A program made the translations under genes and the position numbers. Shown here in pieces: positions 24,601 to 36,915 of a stretch of 64,000 nt of DNA. How positions within the stretch are numbered: the stretch's first letter is position 1; each line of letters begins with the position of its first letter. The notes under the pieces were generated by a model, which was given only the letters and a program-made list of their open reading frames with translations, had not been told where the DNA came from and did not search any database. This stretch comes from Mobula hypostoma (taxonomy: Eukaryota), in contig NC_086097.1 in the NCBI RefSeq assembly GCF_963921235.1, positions 135,782,001 to 135,846,000 on the forward strand, read 5' to 3'.

Positions 24601-26769
24601 TAAGTGTTGATCTGAAATGCATTTGGCTGACACAGGAATCTAGGGGGCATGTTGTTAGTGTAAGGTGTTGTTAAACCAAGGCGTATTAATGGTGTGTGCA
24701 GTTCAGTGGGCTGCCCTGCTGCATCTACATAAGAAAGGTGGTGGCCCCTGTGCTGAGATGGATATACAGCAGGAGCAGGATTTGGTCATTGTTAGGCACA
24801 CAGAGTGAGGTGTTCAGCTGAGGCCCTGCTCTCTGGTTTTGAGTGGATGCCATTACATTCGATATAGGAGAGCATCTGATACCTTGGCAGACTTGACCAG
24901 CACCACTGTAAGGGTTATGGAGAAAGAGCAGGAAAGTGCCAGAGAAGTGGAAGATCAGCCATAATCCCCATTGGATCCTAGAGCAGCTTTGACAGGCTGA
25001 ATGGTCCTGCTCCTATTTTTCATGTTCATAACACTCAAGTTGTAAACTGAATTTATAAACTGATCTTCCCAGTTTACAAATGACCTGACTTACAGAAATT
25101 CGACTCTATGCAGATTCTCCCAAGCATTTTACAAGATACTAATACGAATAATAAAATATTTCATAGTATTCATTAATGAATGATTATAGTATACACAGTT
25201 TAATTATAGGTAATGTTAGGGGATTATTCAATGGAATTTAATTGAAGGGATTAGTTTTGCTGGGCATGATTTGTGTTATTATTTTGACACAACATAATGG
25301 TCTGGAAGGTTTGTTCCTGTGCTGGTGTGTTCTATGTTCTATGAAATAATGAACTATAGTAAATGAATGTAAAGCAACACAATACACATACACATGTTTT
25401 GGACTTAAAGATAAATCAGTTTGCAGACATTTCTCAAGAAGAGAATCCTTATGTAACATAGGCATTGCTTCTAGCTCATCATTCATCTTGTGAGATGTAC
25501 CACGTTTGCCTTCATACTCGTGTATTCTGAAAGTAATCTCAATAGCTGGACAAAGCTTTCCTTAATCTGTCTTGTCTACAGAGAGCAGTACAATGTTTGA
25601 TCTTTACTCACTCATGGCCCAGTCCTGTTCTAAACAGGATTACAAACTTCACTAACAGAGATACCACATGGATACTTTGAAGAGATAATGAGACAGCCTT
25701 TATCCTAAAACACTCACTGAGATCTATTGTGAGTCTCCAACCATATATACAGTCTTCTCATGGCCAAAGACTCACGTCATCAGCTTCTTACTCATCACTC
25801 ATTGAAAGGGAAAAAGAAAGAGTGAAATCAGAGACAAAATTCCAACATCCATATCTGGTGCAATCAGTCTGGCCTGTAATAGTTTCAGAACTGCTCATCG
25901 TAACCTTGTTCAGTCATATCTTTGCCAATAGTTGGCTGATCCAAGAATGACATGTTTAAAAATTATAGGCTTTGAATAGAAGCTGTTGCCTGCCCAGTAT
26001 TGCTTTTTTTAAAAACTTTAATCTGATACTAGACTATCACTTCAAGAAAGAGTCAATTACAGACAAACCATTTTAGGAAATGGAGCTGTGTTTATTTTTA
26101 AGACTGCAAAATTTGTCAAACAGACTAACTTGTGGAATGAGATTGGTAGAGTGCTGTACTCAATGAAAGGGGCTGGTCTGGACTATTGGTTTCAATCTCA
26201 GAAGCGGAAATCTATATTAAAATTTTAAAACTAAGTCATGAATGAGTGAACTCTGCATTTCTACAGCATTTCTCCAATCCTTAGGTACCCTGAGCATTCA
26301 AGACCAACGAAGCTATTTCAGAAGTCTAGTCCCTGTAATATGCAAAAAGAGGCTGCCAATTTGCAGCCTTATAAAATGGTAGCTGTACAAAAGTAGGTCA
26401 TTCAGCCTCTCGAGTTTGTACTGGTCCAAACTCAGAGCCCAGCAAATTCTTTCCTTTCAGATACAGTACTTATACAGCTCCCTTTTGAATGCCACTGTCG
26501 AACCTGCCCCAGTACCACTGGAGAGTGCACTCTGAGCCCTCGCCATTTGCTCTGTAAAGAATGCTTTTCCTCACTTTATGATTTTTTTTTGTCAATCACC
26601 TTCATCTCTGTTCCTTGATTCACCTCTCCACAAGTGTGCAAAGGTGCTCTCCATCCACAGAGTATACCTTTTGTGAATATAGACTCCTTGGAGATCTCCT
26701 CACAACCTCCTGTGTTCCAGGAAGAACAAACTCGTCTTCGCTGGTCTATGCACAGAACTAATGCCTGTC

Positions 26770-27125
26770 ATGGGCACAAACTTACACACCATCAAGGATA
26801 TCATCAAGGGGTAGTGCTCCAAGAAGACAGCTTCCATTACAAAGAATCCTCACCATCCAGAACACACCGTCTTTTCATTACTACTATTGCAGAGAAGGTA
26901 TATGAGCCACACTCAATTATTCAGAAACAGCTTCTTCCTTTCCAAAATCAGATTCTCAATGGTCCATGAACCCCTGAACAATCCCTCATTATTCCTTCCT
27001 TTTATATAATTATAAAATATATAATTTTTGTAATTTAAAGCAATTTTATATCTCTGCACTGTCCTGCTGCCACAAAACAAATTTTATGTCATTTAAGTCA
27101 GTGAAAAAAAAACCTGATTCTGATT
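26770..27125 (+). mobile_element. Rex1-type LINE 3' end
   Basis: Similar to 62830-63225; ends cctgattctgatt. Confidence 0.65.
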
Positions 27126-27159
27126 TATCATCACACAAGTTCATTTCAGTAAGTCTCTT

Positions 27160-28649
27160 CCAAATTTACAAATTTAAGGGGTTGTGTGCCTATGGACAAC
27201 TCTGATAACGTTAGTGGTGAAGAATTACAATCTTCTGAGTTATTTCACTGCACTAGTCCAACAGACACAAAACAAGTCCGTCCTTACAATGAAAGCTACT
27301 TATCAATAGGTTTTACATGGACTGGAGATCCAAGTTGTCTTATTCCATTGTGCCTAGACTGTGGCAAACAACGTACAAGTGTAGCAACGACTCAGGCAAA
27401 ATTGAAAAGATACTTAACTATAAATGACAGCTATATGAAACATAAAAGTGCTGATTATTTTATATGACTATTGGAATCTCAAAACAAGCAGATTAAAGCT
27501 TTTGAAAATAAAGTCTCAGTCAGTAAAAGGACTCAGGAAGCAAATTATTTAGTAGCTTTAAGACCAGTTCACAAGAGAATGTTTATAAAACTGTGTGAAA
27601 ACCTAAACAAAGAGCACACATATCTCCTGCTACATACAGAAATCTGGTGGCTTACCAAGGAAGAGTTCTCAACAAGGTCTTTGAGCTGACAGGTGAATTG
27701 CAGGAGTAATTTCAGGAAAATAGTAGACCAAATTTTGCTGAGTGCTTTGAAGATGAAGAATGGCTGAAGAAACTAGCCTATTTAACAGACATGTTTCATC
27801 ATATGAACCAGTTAAACAAGTCTCTACAAGGCCCTAGGGAAAACATTTTGACTTCAAGTGACACGATTCTTGAATTGAAAAAGAAACAGAATCTTTGGAA
27901 AAATCATGTTGCCAAAGGAAATTCTGAAATGTTTCCACTGCTGCCTGGGCTTGAGAGTGAAGGAGGATATAAGGAAGTCTCGAGTCTTATTGAAAGCCAC
28001 CTGAAAGAACTGTAGAACAAAGTTGAATAGTATTTTTTCTCCCTTTCAACACGTGTATGGCTGGGTGAGGGACCCTTTCTCTGTATCTTCCACTCAGCCT
28101 GATCACTTGACTTTGAGAGAAGAGGAAGAACTTTGTGAGCTGCACTCTGATCATGCACTCAAGACGAGATTTACTAAGCTGCCCCTGGACAAGTTCTGGA
28201 TTCTGCAAAAGAAGAGTATCCTGCCATTCACAGAAAAGCAATGAACATTTTGCTACAGTTTTCAACTTCTTACATGTGTTAGCAAGCTTTTTCTTGTTTA
28301 ACAAGCTTCAAGAGCAAGGATAGAAATCGTCTAATTTCAGTTGAAGGTGAAATCCATGCTTACTTATCTCAAGTTCGACCCAGAATTGAGACATTTATAT
28401 GTTTGCCTTATAAATTTTTTTCAATTTATGAAAGGGAAAGAAAGAGATTAATTTCAAGAAAGGTAAGCTAAAATTTCATTCTCTATTCAAAATAGCAGAG
28501 GCAATTATTTTTGGATTATTATATCTACAACTTACTGATCATGCTAACGTACCATAGCCTGCAGATATAATAATTTTTACGCAGGGGTTCCCTGAGACGT
28601 GAAAATTATTTCAAGGATTCCTCCAGGGCAAGAAGGTTGAGAAAGGCTG
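27160..28649 (+). mobile_element. Internally deleted Buster-type hAT transposon (ZBED5/ZBED8/FAM200-like transposase fragments) with right TIR
   Basis: VRPYNESYLSIGFT..PLCLDCG..KLKRYL (BED-like), LLLHTEIWW, LAYLTDMFHHMNQLNKSLQG and FSTSYMC. Terminus aaggttgagaaaggctg at 28649. Confidence 0.85.
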
Positions 28650-28654
28650 CCATA

Positions 28655-29097
28655 GTGTGTGATAGAACATGTGTGGAACAAACTTCCCTGGCATGTGTGA
28701 TGGAACACGTGTGGGACACACTTCCCTGGTGTGTGTGATGGAACATGTGTAGGACACACTAGCCCAGTGTGTGATGGAACATGTGTGGGACATACACCCT
28801 CAATTTCATAGAACACGTGTGGGACATGCTACCCCACCATCTGATGGAATACTTGTGGGATGCAGTACTCCACCAACTGATGGAACATATGTGGGACACA
28901 TGCCCTAGGGTATGATGGAACTTATGTGGGATACACTCTTAGCATGTAATGCAATATATGTGGGAAACATTACCTCAGCATGCGATGGAGCACGTTTAAC
29001 AAACCCACCGTAGTGGGACAAAAGTGAGATACACTATACCAATATGTAGTGGAACATATGTGGGACACACCACTTCAGTGTGTGGTGGAACAAATGA
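28655..29097. repeat. Degenerate minisatellite, ~12 units of ~36-38 bp
   Basis: Core tgatggaaca(c/t)(g/a)tgtgggaca separated by variable ~15-nt linkers. Confidence 0.85.
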
Positions 29098-29989
29098 AGG
29101 CAGCTCTCCATCTGACATTCAGCAAGTCATAGAAACAGATGGTAATGATCAGATAATCTGGATGATCGGTGTGATGTAATGTAGAACATCTGCCAGGGTG
29201 GTTCCCCTGCACTATTACCAACACATCTAATTCAGTTATTTTCTTACAGAATTCTTCCAAGACTTCACCATAGGAGAACTGGGCCCATTATCAGAACAGC
29301 ACTGAGAGAATACCAGAGTTGATATCAGGACATCACCGAGAGATTCTCCTTCACCTGGTAGGGTGCTGCTGTTGGAAGCTGATCAACTGAAGGAGTATTG
29401 GCTCTCCTTGTTATCAGAAGGAACCTGTGCCTGGTTAGCCTGTGGATGACTATCTCTCACCGACACTCTCTTTATCCTTGCCCTCTGTTCATCAGATTGA
29501 AAAACATGACTGTGTTTCAGGCAAAAGTGTTTGTGTGTCCTGGTCTTTCACACCACCTTTAGAAACTGATTTGGCGTGGATAAGCCAAGGACCTTTCGCA
29601 GCATCTCTGCACACTCCAGGCATCAAGGTCAACACGGAGAAGACTAAATCACAAGACCTGCTGGATGTAGTTCTCAACATGCTGAACCTTTAAAACAAAC
29701 TTGAAAAAGTGTATATTTAATGCAGTAACATGCCACAAAAAAATCCTTGCATTTAACAAAGGCACCACAGCAATTTCCTGATCCTGTGGTGGGTTTTTGC
29801 AACCACACTGATTACATCGTAAAGGCCATTTAATGCTGTTACATGAAAAGTGAGGTTGTGCTGTGTCTGAAGGCTATTATATTGTCTTCACTTCCTTCTA
29901 ATTTTGTGTTTTCAAATCAACGTTTCAGATAGGATTAAAGTATTCTTGTATGAACAGGGAAGCAGTGTGCCTCATGGTTTTCCGAATAC

Positions 29990-30262
29990 TACTTTTCCCC
30001 TCAGGTTGGATGAAGCTAGAACTAGAGGTCATAGGTTTCTGGTGAAAGGCCGAAAATTCAGGGGGAGTGTGAGGGGAAACTTCTTCACTCAGAGGGTGGT
30101 GGAAGAATGAAATAACCTGCCAGTGGAAGTGGTAGAGGTGGGTTTATTTGAAACATTTAAGAGAAGTTTGGATAAGTACATGGATGAGTGGGGTTTGGGT
30201 ACAAGTAGATGATCAGGTTGTTATGGACAGGATGGGCCAAAGGGCATGTTTCTGTGCCCTAG
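29990..30262 (+). mobile_element. CR1 3' fragment
   Basis: EARTRGHRFLVKG..RGNFFTQRVV. Confidence 0.8.
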
Positions 30263-30266
30263 TATG

Positions 30267-31230
30267 GGTCCACAATCCCCTATCCGAAATTCTGAAAACT
30301 GAAAAGCTCCGAAAACCAAAGTGGAGTGTGGAGTGTGTAGTAACAAGGCTTGTTTGGCGCGCCAACAGCTGATGTCACTCAATTCAAGTTAATTGAGCAT
30401 TGTGCATTTATCAGTGAGTAAGAGATTATGGCAGTTTACTCAGTTAAAGAGAGATTGCTTCGACATATTACTCAGTTAAAGAGAGATTGCTTAGACATAA
30501 ACCTATGTTAATGAGACAGATGACACTTGAAGAAGTCTTTAAAAACGCCGTCTGTCGTAGTGCTGCTTCATAACTTGAGAATCCTGTTCCTGGCCCATCA
30601 GGTACCTGTAGAGTACTTAGCTTTGTTTGCCAGACGTAATGCAACTTAACTAGAGGTACCTGTACATATTTAGCTTAGCTTGAACCTGTATATGTCCTAG
30701 AGAATTTACGTTCTACATTTATCCCAATAAGTCATTTACCATGTGTTTGATTTGGTTCGTTTGAAGCTGTATATTTTTATATTTTATTGAATGTTTTTGT
30801 TGGAAATAAAATGTACTAGTGTATTTATGGTCTATAATTATCCCACTATTTCATTTATCAGTATATTACTCTATAAATAAACTGTAATAGCATTTGTAAA
30901 AGAGCGTGGATCAGGAAAACCCGGAAGTTCTCTCTCCAGCACTCGTTTGAGCATGTACAGACTTTTTTTCTTGTCATTGTTCTCTAAACAATACAGTATG
31001 ACAACTATTTACATAGCATTTACATTGCATTAGGTATTATAAGTAATCTAGAGATGATTTAAAGTATATGGGAGGATGTGCGTAGGTCCGGAGCTCCCCC
31101 GGGTCCTAAAGTCCACTGGCAGTGAAACAGGTTAATTATCAATATAATTATCGATTTTCTGAAATCCAAAAAATTCTGAATTCCAAAATGCAACTGGCCC
31201 CAAGGATTTCGGATAAGGGATTGTGGGATC
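30267..31230. mobile_element. Tigger/pogo-like non-autonomous TIR element
   Basis: Inverted termini ccacaatcccctatccgaaat (~30270) and atttcggataagggattgtgg (~31206-31226). Confidence 0.75.
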
Positions 31231-31239
31231 AGAAGTAAT

Positions 31240-31950
31240 AAACACACAAAATGCTGGAGGAAGTCGAGTCCTGATGAAGGGCCTCAGCCCGAAGCATCGA
31301 CTGTTTATTCTCCTCCATAGATAGGGTTGCCAACTTTCTCACTCCCAAATAAGGGACAAAAGTAGCAGTCAAGTACGGAGCACTTGTGTTTATCCCGAGA
31401 AAGACTACCATGACCATGAAGCCTTGCATATGCACCTGTGTGTGCATGCGTGACGTGTGCATACATGACGTGTGCACACGTGTACGTGCCCATTTTTTTC
31501 TACAAATCCGTTTTGGCGATTCTGTTCAGTGAAACTACACTGTACATACATTATTTCTACTTTATATAGGCTGTGTATTTATCATATCACTCCTGCTTTT
31601 ACTATATGTTAGTGTTATTTTAGGTTTTATGTGTTATTTGGTATGATTTGGTAGGTTATTTTTTGGGTCTGCGAATGCTCAAAAATTTTTCCCATATAAA
31701 TTAACAGTAGTTGCTCCTTCACTTTACGCCATTTCAGCATGAAAGGATTCATAGGAACGCTCTACCTTAGCGGGGGAAATACGGGACAAGGGCGGTCCCG
31801 TATGGGACAAACCAATTTAGCCCAATATACGGGATGTACTGGCTGATACGGGACATTTGGCAACCCTATCCATAGATGCCCCCAGGCCTGCAGAGTTTCC
31901 CCAGGGTGTGTGTTGCTCGAGATTTTCAGCATCTTCAGAATCTCTGGAAG
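31240..31950. mobile_element. Fold-back (Penelope terminal-repeat-like) element, split by the hAT MITE
   Basis: acacacaaaatgctggagg...ctgatgaaggg...tccataga [MITE] tccatagatgcc...gtgtgtgttgctc...cagcatct. Confidence 0.7.
31322..31868. mobile_element. hAT-type MITE with perfect 8-bp TSD
   Basis: TIRs TAGGGTTGCCAA / TTGGCAACCCTA. TSD TCCATAGA at 31314-31321 and 31869-31876. No transposase. Confidence 0.93.
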
Positions 31951-32810
31951 TAATACATGGACATGGATGAAAAATTGGCTGAGACTATGAGTAAATGGGG
32001 TCGCAGGCTGTAAGTAGAGGGCTACTGAACAGGTCAGTGCTTGGGACCCAGCTACTCACGGTCTATATCAATGATTTGGATGAGAGAACTGAATGCCTTG
32101 CTCCTAATTTACCCAGCAACACAGAACTGGATAGGGCTGTAAGTTGAGAGGAGGATGCAAAGAGGCTTCAAGGTAATTTAGTAAGTTCATTGTGGGTACT
32201 AATCTGGGTGGCCTTATTCACCAGTTGCTAACCGAGAATAAACAGGTGAACGAGCTGTTGGGAAGATAAATGGTATGTTGGCCTTTCTTGCAAGAGTTGT
32301 TGAGTCCTATGTAAATGAAACCATATCTGGTGGCCTTCCCTAAGAAGGGAGATACCTGCCAATCAAGTTACAGCAGACTGATTGCTGGATTGGTGGGTGG
32401 TAGTAGTGGGGGGGCGTTTTGGGGAACATTTGTATGAGCAGTGGCTGAGTTGACTATGCTTGCATTTACTAGAGTTTCAATTATCTCAGTGAAATGTACA
32501 AAGTACTGACAAAACTCAACAGCCTGGGTATAGGCAGGGTATTTTAATCTGACTGGGTGGGTCTAGCATGATTGTGTCAGGCTGAGACATTTAAAAGAAT
32601 GAGGAGAAAGCTCTTCAACCCAGAAAGTGGTGAACCCATAGATCTGTCGAGACCAAGTTGGAGGAAATACTTAAAGAGGAGATGCACTGACTACTGGACA
32701 CAAAGGGCATCTGGGAAAGAAAGAGCAGGTATTGAGATAAATGCCACAGTGTCCATTTGCACTGCAAACTTGCACTTAATCCAGCTCTGGTTTCGTTATG
32801 TTTCTATGTT
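31950..32810 (+). mobile_element. Highly degenerate CR1 3' region
   Basis: Remnants of SVLGPQLLTVYINDLD and EEDAKRLQG; tail ttatgtttctatgtt. Confidence 0.7.
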
Positions 32811-33354
32811 CCTCAGAGATCTTGGATTGCAGAGAACAGTTAAGGAGAAGCCTGGTTCACTGCAGGTCCTTGAACCAAACACCTCCCACTTACACTGCAT
32901 AGGAGGCAACTCACAATCACTCAGTAGTAGCGCAGAACGCTGTCTTCGCGGGATGGTCCTTGCCATTCGGACTGAGCTATCTGGTGGTCTTGTTGACTCC
33001 CTCTGGGGAATCAGAAATGTCTTCTGATCCTCCAGCTCACTCTAACAAGGAATCAGTTCCCTGCAGTCATCAGCACATACACCCCAATCTTGAAGTCTAT
33101 GGGTGATACAAAGGATGTCTCTGGACCAGGAAACATCTCTGGGCCAAGTCCCAGAATGAGAGAAACTGATCCGTCTGGACAACTGTAATGTCAGCATTAG
33201 GAAAATCACAACTGTCTGGCAAAGTATCACCTGTGAGGAGGGGAAAACTTAAACACTGGAATTTTGCTCCTTACAAAATACTTGGAATATGGTTTTATAA
33301 ATACTGTATATTTGTGTCTATGTTTGTGGTTGCTTCTTTGAAAGTGCAAATGCC

Positions 33355-33385
33355 TGTGTATGTGTGTGTGTGTGTGTGTGTGTGT
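33355..33385. repeat. (TG)n microsatellite
   Basis: Directly visible. Confidence 0.9.
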
Positions 33386-34364
33386 ATGATGCTAATGCCT
33401 CCAAAGTCTTATGGGTAGCCCTCTGATAAAACAGATACAGTACGTGTCTGTGTGTCCATACATGTCTCTTTGTGTGAACACATGTGTGTACATCAAAGTC
33501 AAAAAAAAGTTAAAGTTGAGTTTATTGCCACATGCACGAGAGCATGTATGCACAGGTGAATAAAAAGCTTACTTGCAGCATCGAAGATACATAAATGAAG
33601 CGTAAGTTACACACAAGCATTACAAAAGAGGACACAATTATGAACAAAAATAAATACCTTTTTACTGCAACATGGTCAGTGTCATCTTGGTGTTGGTAGA
33701 CTGTATCGGTTCAGGTGTCAGTTGATTTTAGAAGCAGATGGTTGATGGGAAGTAGCTGCACCTGAGTCTGCTGTACAGTATGTACACGTTTGAACTCTCA
33801 CATGTCAGCTTTACCAATGAGCTTGTGGAAAAAGAATGTCAGGACAACAGAACAAGAGGACAACCAGCAACTGACAGGTGGCACATCCTGTAATGATCTC
33901 CCAAGGAGATTAGGCTGCCACGTTGTAGCATTTTACCAAGATACCAGCCATGGCTCTGTCATAAAAGACCCATGTGCTGATTTCCTCTCCACTCTGCTGT
34001 TCAATGAGCAGGGCTTTGCTGACCTTGGGTGGCCTTTTCAAGTACCTGCCCTTTTTGACCAGCTTTAGTTACCACTTTACTGCCTTAGTAGCTGACCCGA
34101 GACCTTTAAATTAAAAGGGAAATTTGTGTTACTGGATTGAGTGATAATAGACCCAAATAAAAAAGAGCATTACAGAAACAACAGTGGCAGCAGTGGGAGA
34201 CTGTGTGAAAGGAGCTGCTGAACTGGGTGAAGTGCTCTGATTATGATGGGAGCTGATTTACATTTACTGGTGTCTAGCAATTTATTGTATTGCTATGTCT
34301 GCTGTTTAAAACTGTACCTTTGATTCAAAAGAAAAAAAATCTTTGGTGCTGGCTTGAGCATAGA

Positions 34365-34600
34365 TTCGTTTAGAGATTTAGTACAGTATCAGGCCCCTCT
34401 GGCCCAATGAACTGTCCAATTACACCCATGCAACTAATTAACCTACTAACTCACATGTCTTTGGAACGTGGGAGGAAACTGGAGCACCAGTGGTCATGGG
34501 GGGAAACATAGGAACTCCTTACATTCAGCGGCAGAATTAAAGCCCGAGCCACTGGCAACGTAATGGCATTCCTCTAATCACTGTGTTACTGCGCTGCCTT
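34365..34600 (-). mobile_element. tRNA-derived SINE
   Basis: Same family as 63225-63490 (gtctttggaacgtgggaggaaactggagcacc). Confidence 0.6.
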
Positions 34601-36204
34601 AATCTGCAATACAGATTGTGCATCGCAAAAAGGGAAAAACTACACTCACTTACCCATCCATTGAGATGTCCCACAGCCAATGTACTCACTTTAAGGGCTC
34701 TTTACCTTGTTATCTCATGTTCTGGCTATTTATTGCTATTTATTTATATTTACATTTGCACAGCTTGTTGTAATCTGCACTCTGGTTGATCTTTCATTGA
34801 TCCTGTTCTAGTTACTATTGTATAGATTTGCTGAGTATGCCCACACGAAATGTATCTTAGGGTTGTAGATGGTGACACGTATATACATCGATAATAAAAT
34901 TTACGTTGGACGTTGAGATCATTCTTCCCATCAAACTCATGTCAACAAAATGCACTTTCTCAATTCTCCCCTTGTTTCTCCGCAGGCGACGTTCCCGCAC
35001 TACCCCTGAAAGCCCTGATGATTCTGCTTCAATCCACTCGCTGCTAGCGAGTTCCAGGTCACAATACCTTCTGGCCTGTGGAGGTTTTACCCCCATTTTG
35101 AATCTGCAACCCCTGGTCCTTCAATGGGAAGATTCTCTCAATCTCCCGAATGGAATCAGGCTCACAGCTGCGATATCCCGATGCCAATCACTGTGCAATG
35201 TTGATTTGCCACCATGTTGACTTATTGGAGTTCACCAATATTGAGTGTTCACCAGGAAGTGTTCTCCCCGTAGAAAAGATTTCCTTGTGCTTTCAATTGC
35301 TGCTTATTGCTTATTATATTAGAGTGGTGCAGCGTGTTGTGTCCTTGAACAAGGCACTTAACCACATACATTGCTCTGCGATGACACTGGTGCCAAACTG
35401 TATGGGTCCTAGTGCCCTTCCCTTGGACAACATCGGTGGCATGGAGAGGGGAGATTTGCAGCATGGGCAACTGCCGGTCTTCCATACAACCTTGCCCAGG
35501 CCTCAATTAACTTCAAAAATTGATGGACAGCCGAAGAAGAAGATTATATTAGACTGGAGCTCTTATATTATCAGTGCAGATTCACAGAGGAGTTTGACTT
35601 AAGGCTCTATACAATAAATACAGGCCAGATAGGTCATTTGTGAGACAGAGCCATGGCCAAGTTTATAGGTATGTCTATAAATATGATGAGGTACCGGTAC
35701 AATGAATAACTTGCTTTTAGCAGCATTGCAGGCATGTTAGGTACAGGTAGTGCACAGAACATAAATTATACATAAATTGTACAAGACAGTGAAGACTTCA
35801 AAACAAGATAATAGTGCACAACAAACAGAAGTCTATGGTAGTGCAAGAGTTGGTCCGCAGTGTTCCTCTTCCTAACCTTTGTAGCTTCTAATGAGGTCAC
35901 CTTGTTATCTTCTCACTTCACATGCAAAATTCATTCCCAGAATTCTTATCACATCTAAAACGTTAGTACAGTCATCAAGCTTAGCAATTTTTGTAGCTGA
36001 AAAGTTTGATTTTGCATCAGAAATGATTAAAACCTACAAATTCATCAAATGTTCTGTTGCTGAATCTACACCACCCTGTCCGCATCTCCCACAGCTCAAG
36101 CTTCCAACGGGGCTGGCAAGGTAAAACTCTGCAGGTGCTGGAAATCTGAAATGAAAGCAGATGTTGCAAATGCTCAGCTGTTCCTGCGGGTGACTTGTGG
36201 TTTG

Positions 36205-36915
36205 TGGTTGAGAGCTTTAGGTTCAAGTATTAGCAACACCTTGTCTTGGTCCAGCCACATAGATATTACAGCCAAAGAAGTGCACCTGTACCTCTACTTC
36301 CTCAAAAAGCTAAGGAAATTTGGCATCTCCCTGATGCACCATAGAAAACATCACGGCTTGGTGTGGGGACTGTTCTGCTCAATACTACAAGAACTTTCAG
36401 AGAGTCGTGAATGCAACCCACTTTGTCATGTAAATCGTCCTCTCCTCCATGGACTCTGTATACTTTTCTTGCCAGCTTGGTAAAGCAGCCAACATAATCA
36501 GAGACCCCACCCACCACTGCCATTCTCTCTTCTTCCCCTCCCATTGGGTAGAAGATACAAAAGCTTGAAAGCACATATCATCAGGGTCAAGAACAGCTTC
36601 TATCCCACTGTTATAAGACTCTCAAATGATTCCCTAGTATGATAAGACAGAGTCTTGACTTTAAAGCCTCTCTTGTCATAGTTTTGCATGTTATTATCTG
36701 CCTTCACTGCCCCTTTTCTGTAACGCTATATTCTGCATTCTGTTATTGTTTCTTGCTTTTACTACTTTAATATACCCATGTGATGAAATAATCTGTATGG
36801 ATGTATGCAACTTGGTGACTTATAAGTAGTTTGATAGTACATTTAGTTGGAACTTTGTAAACCGAACTTTTTACTGTACCTCAGTACAAGTGACAGGAAT
36901 AAACCAATTACCAAT
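36205..36915 (+). mobile_element. Degenerate Rex1-type LINE 3' end
   Basis: LSWSSHIDITAK..LYFLKKLRKFG, followed by a 3' UTR with AATAAA. Confidence 0.75.

Noticed and set aside
25582..25728. Plus-strand coding exon (AG...GTGAGT)
   Set aside because: Stops occur in all three frames and there is no other support.
26264..26285. Left TIR of the Buster-type element (cagcatttctccaatcc)
   Set aside because: Weak match, and the flanking 8 bp do not match the 8 bp after the right TIR (ccatagtg).
28655..29097. CRISPR array
   Set aside because: Repeats are degenerate, linkers are only ~15 nt and partly related, and there are no cas genes.
29250..29693. Plus-strand coding exons after acceptor-like sites
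   Set aside because: Frames are short, no peptide is recognisable, and there is no consistent exon chain.
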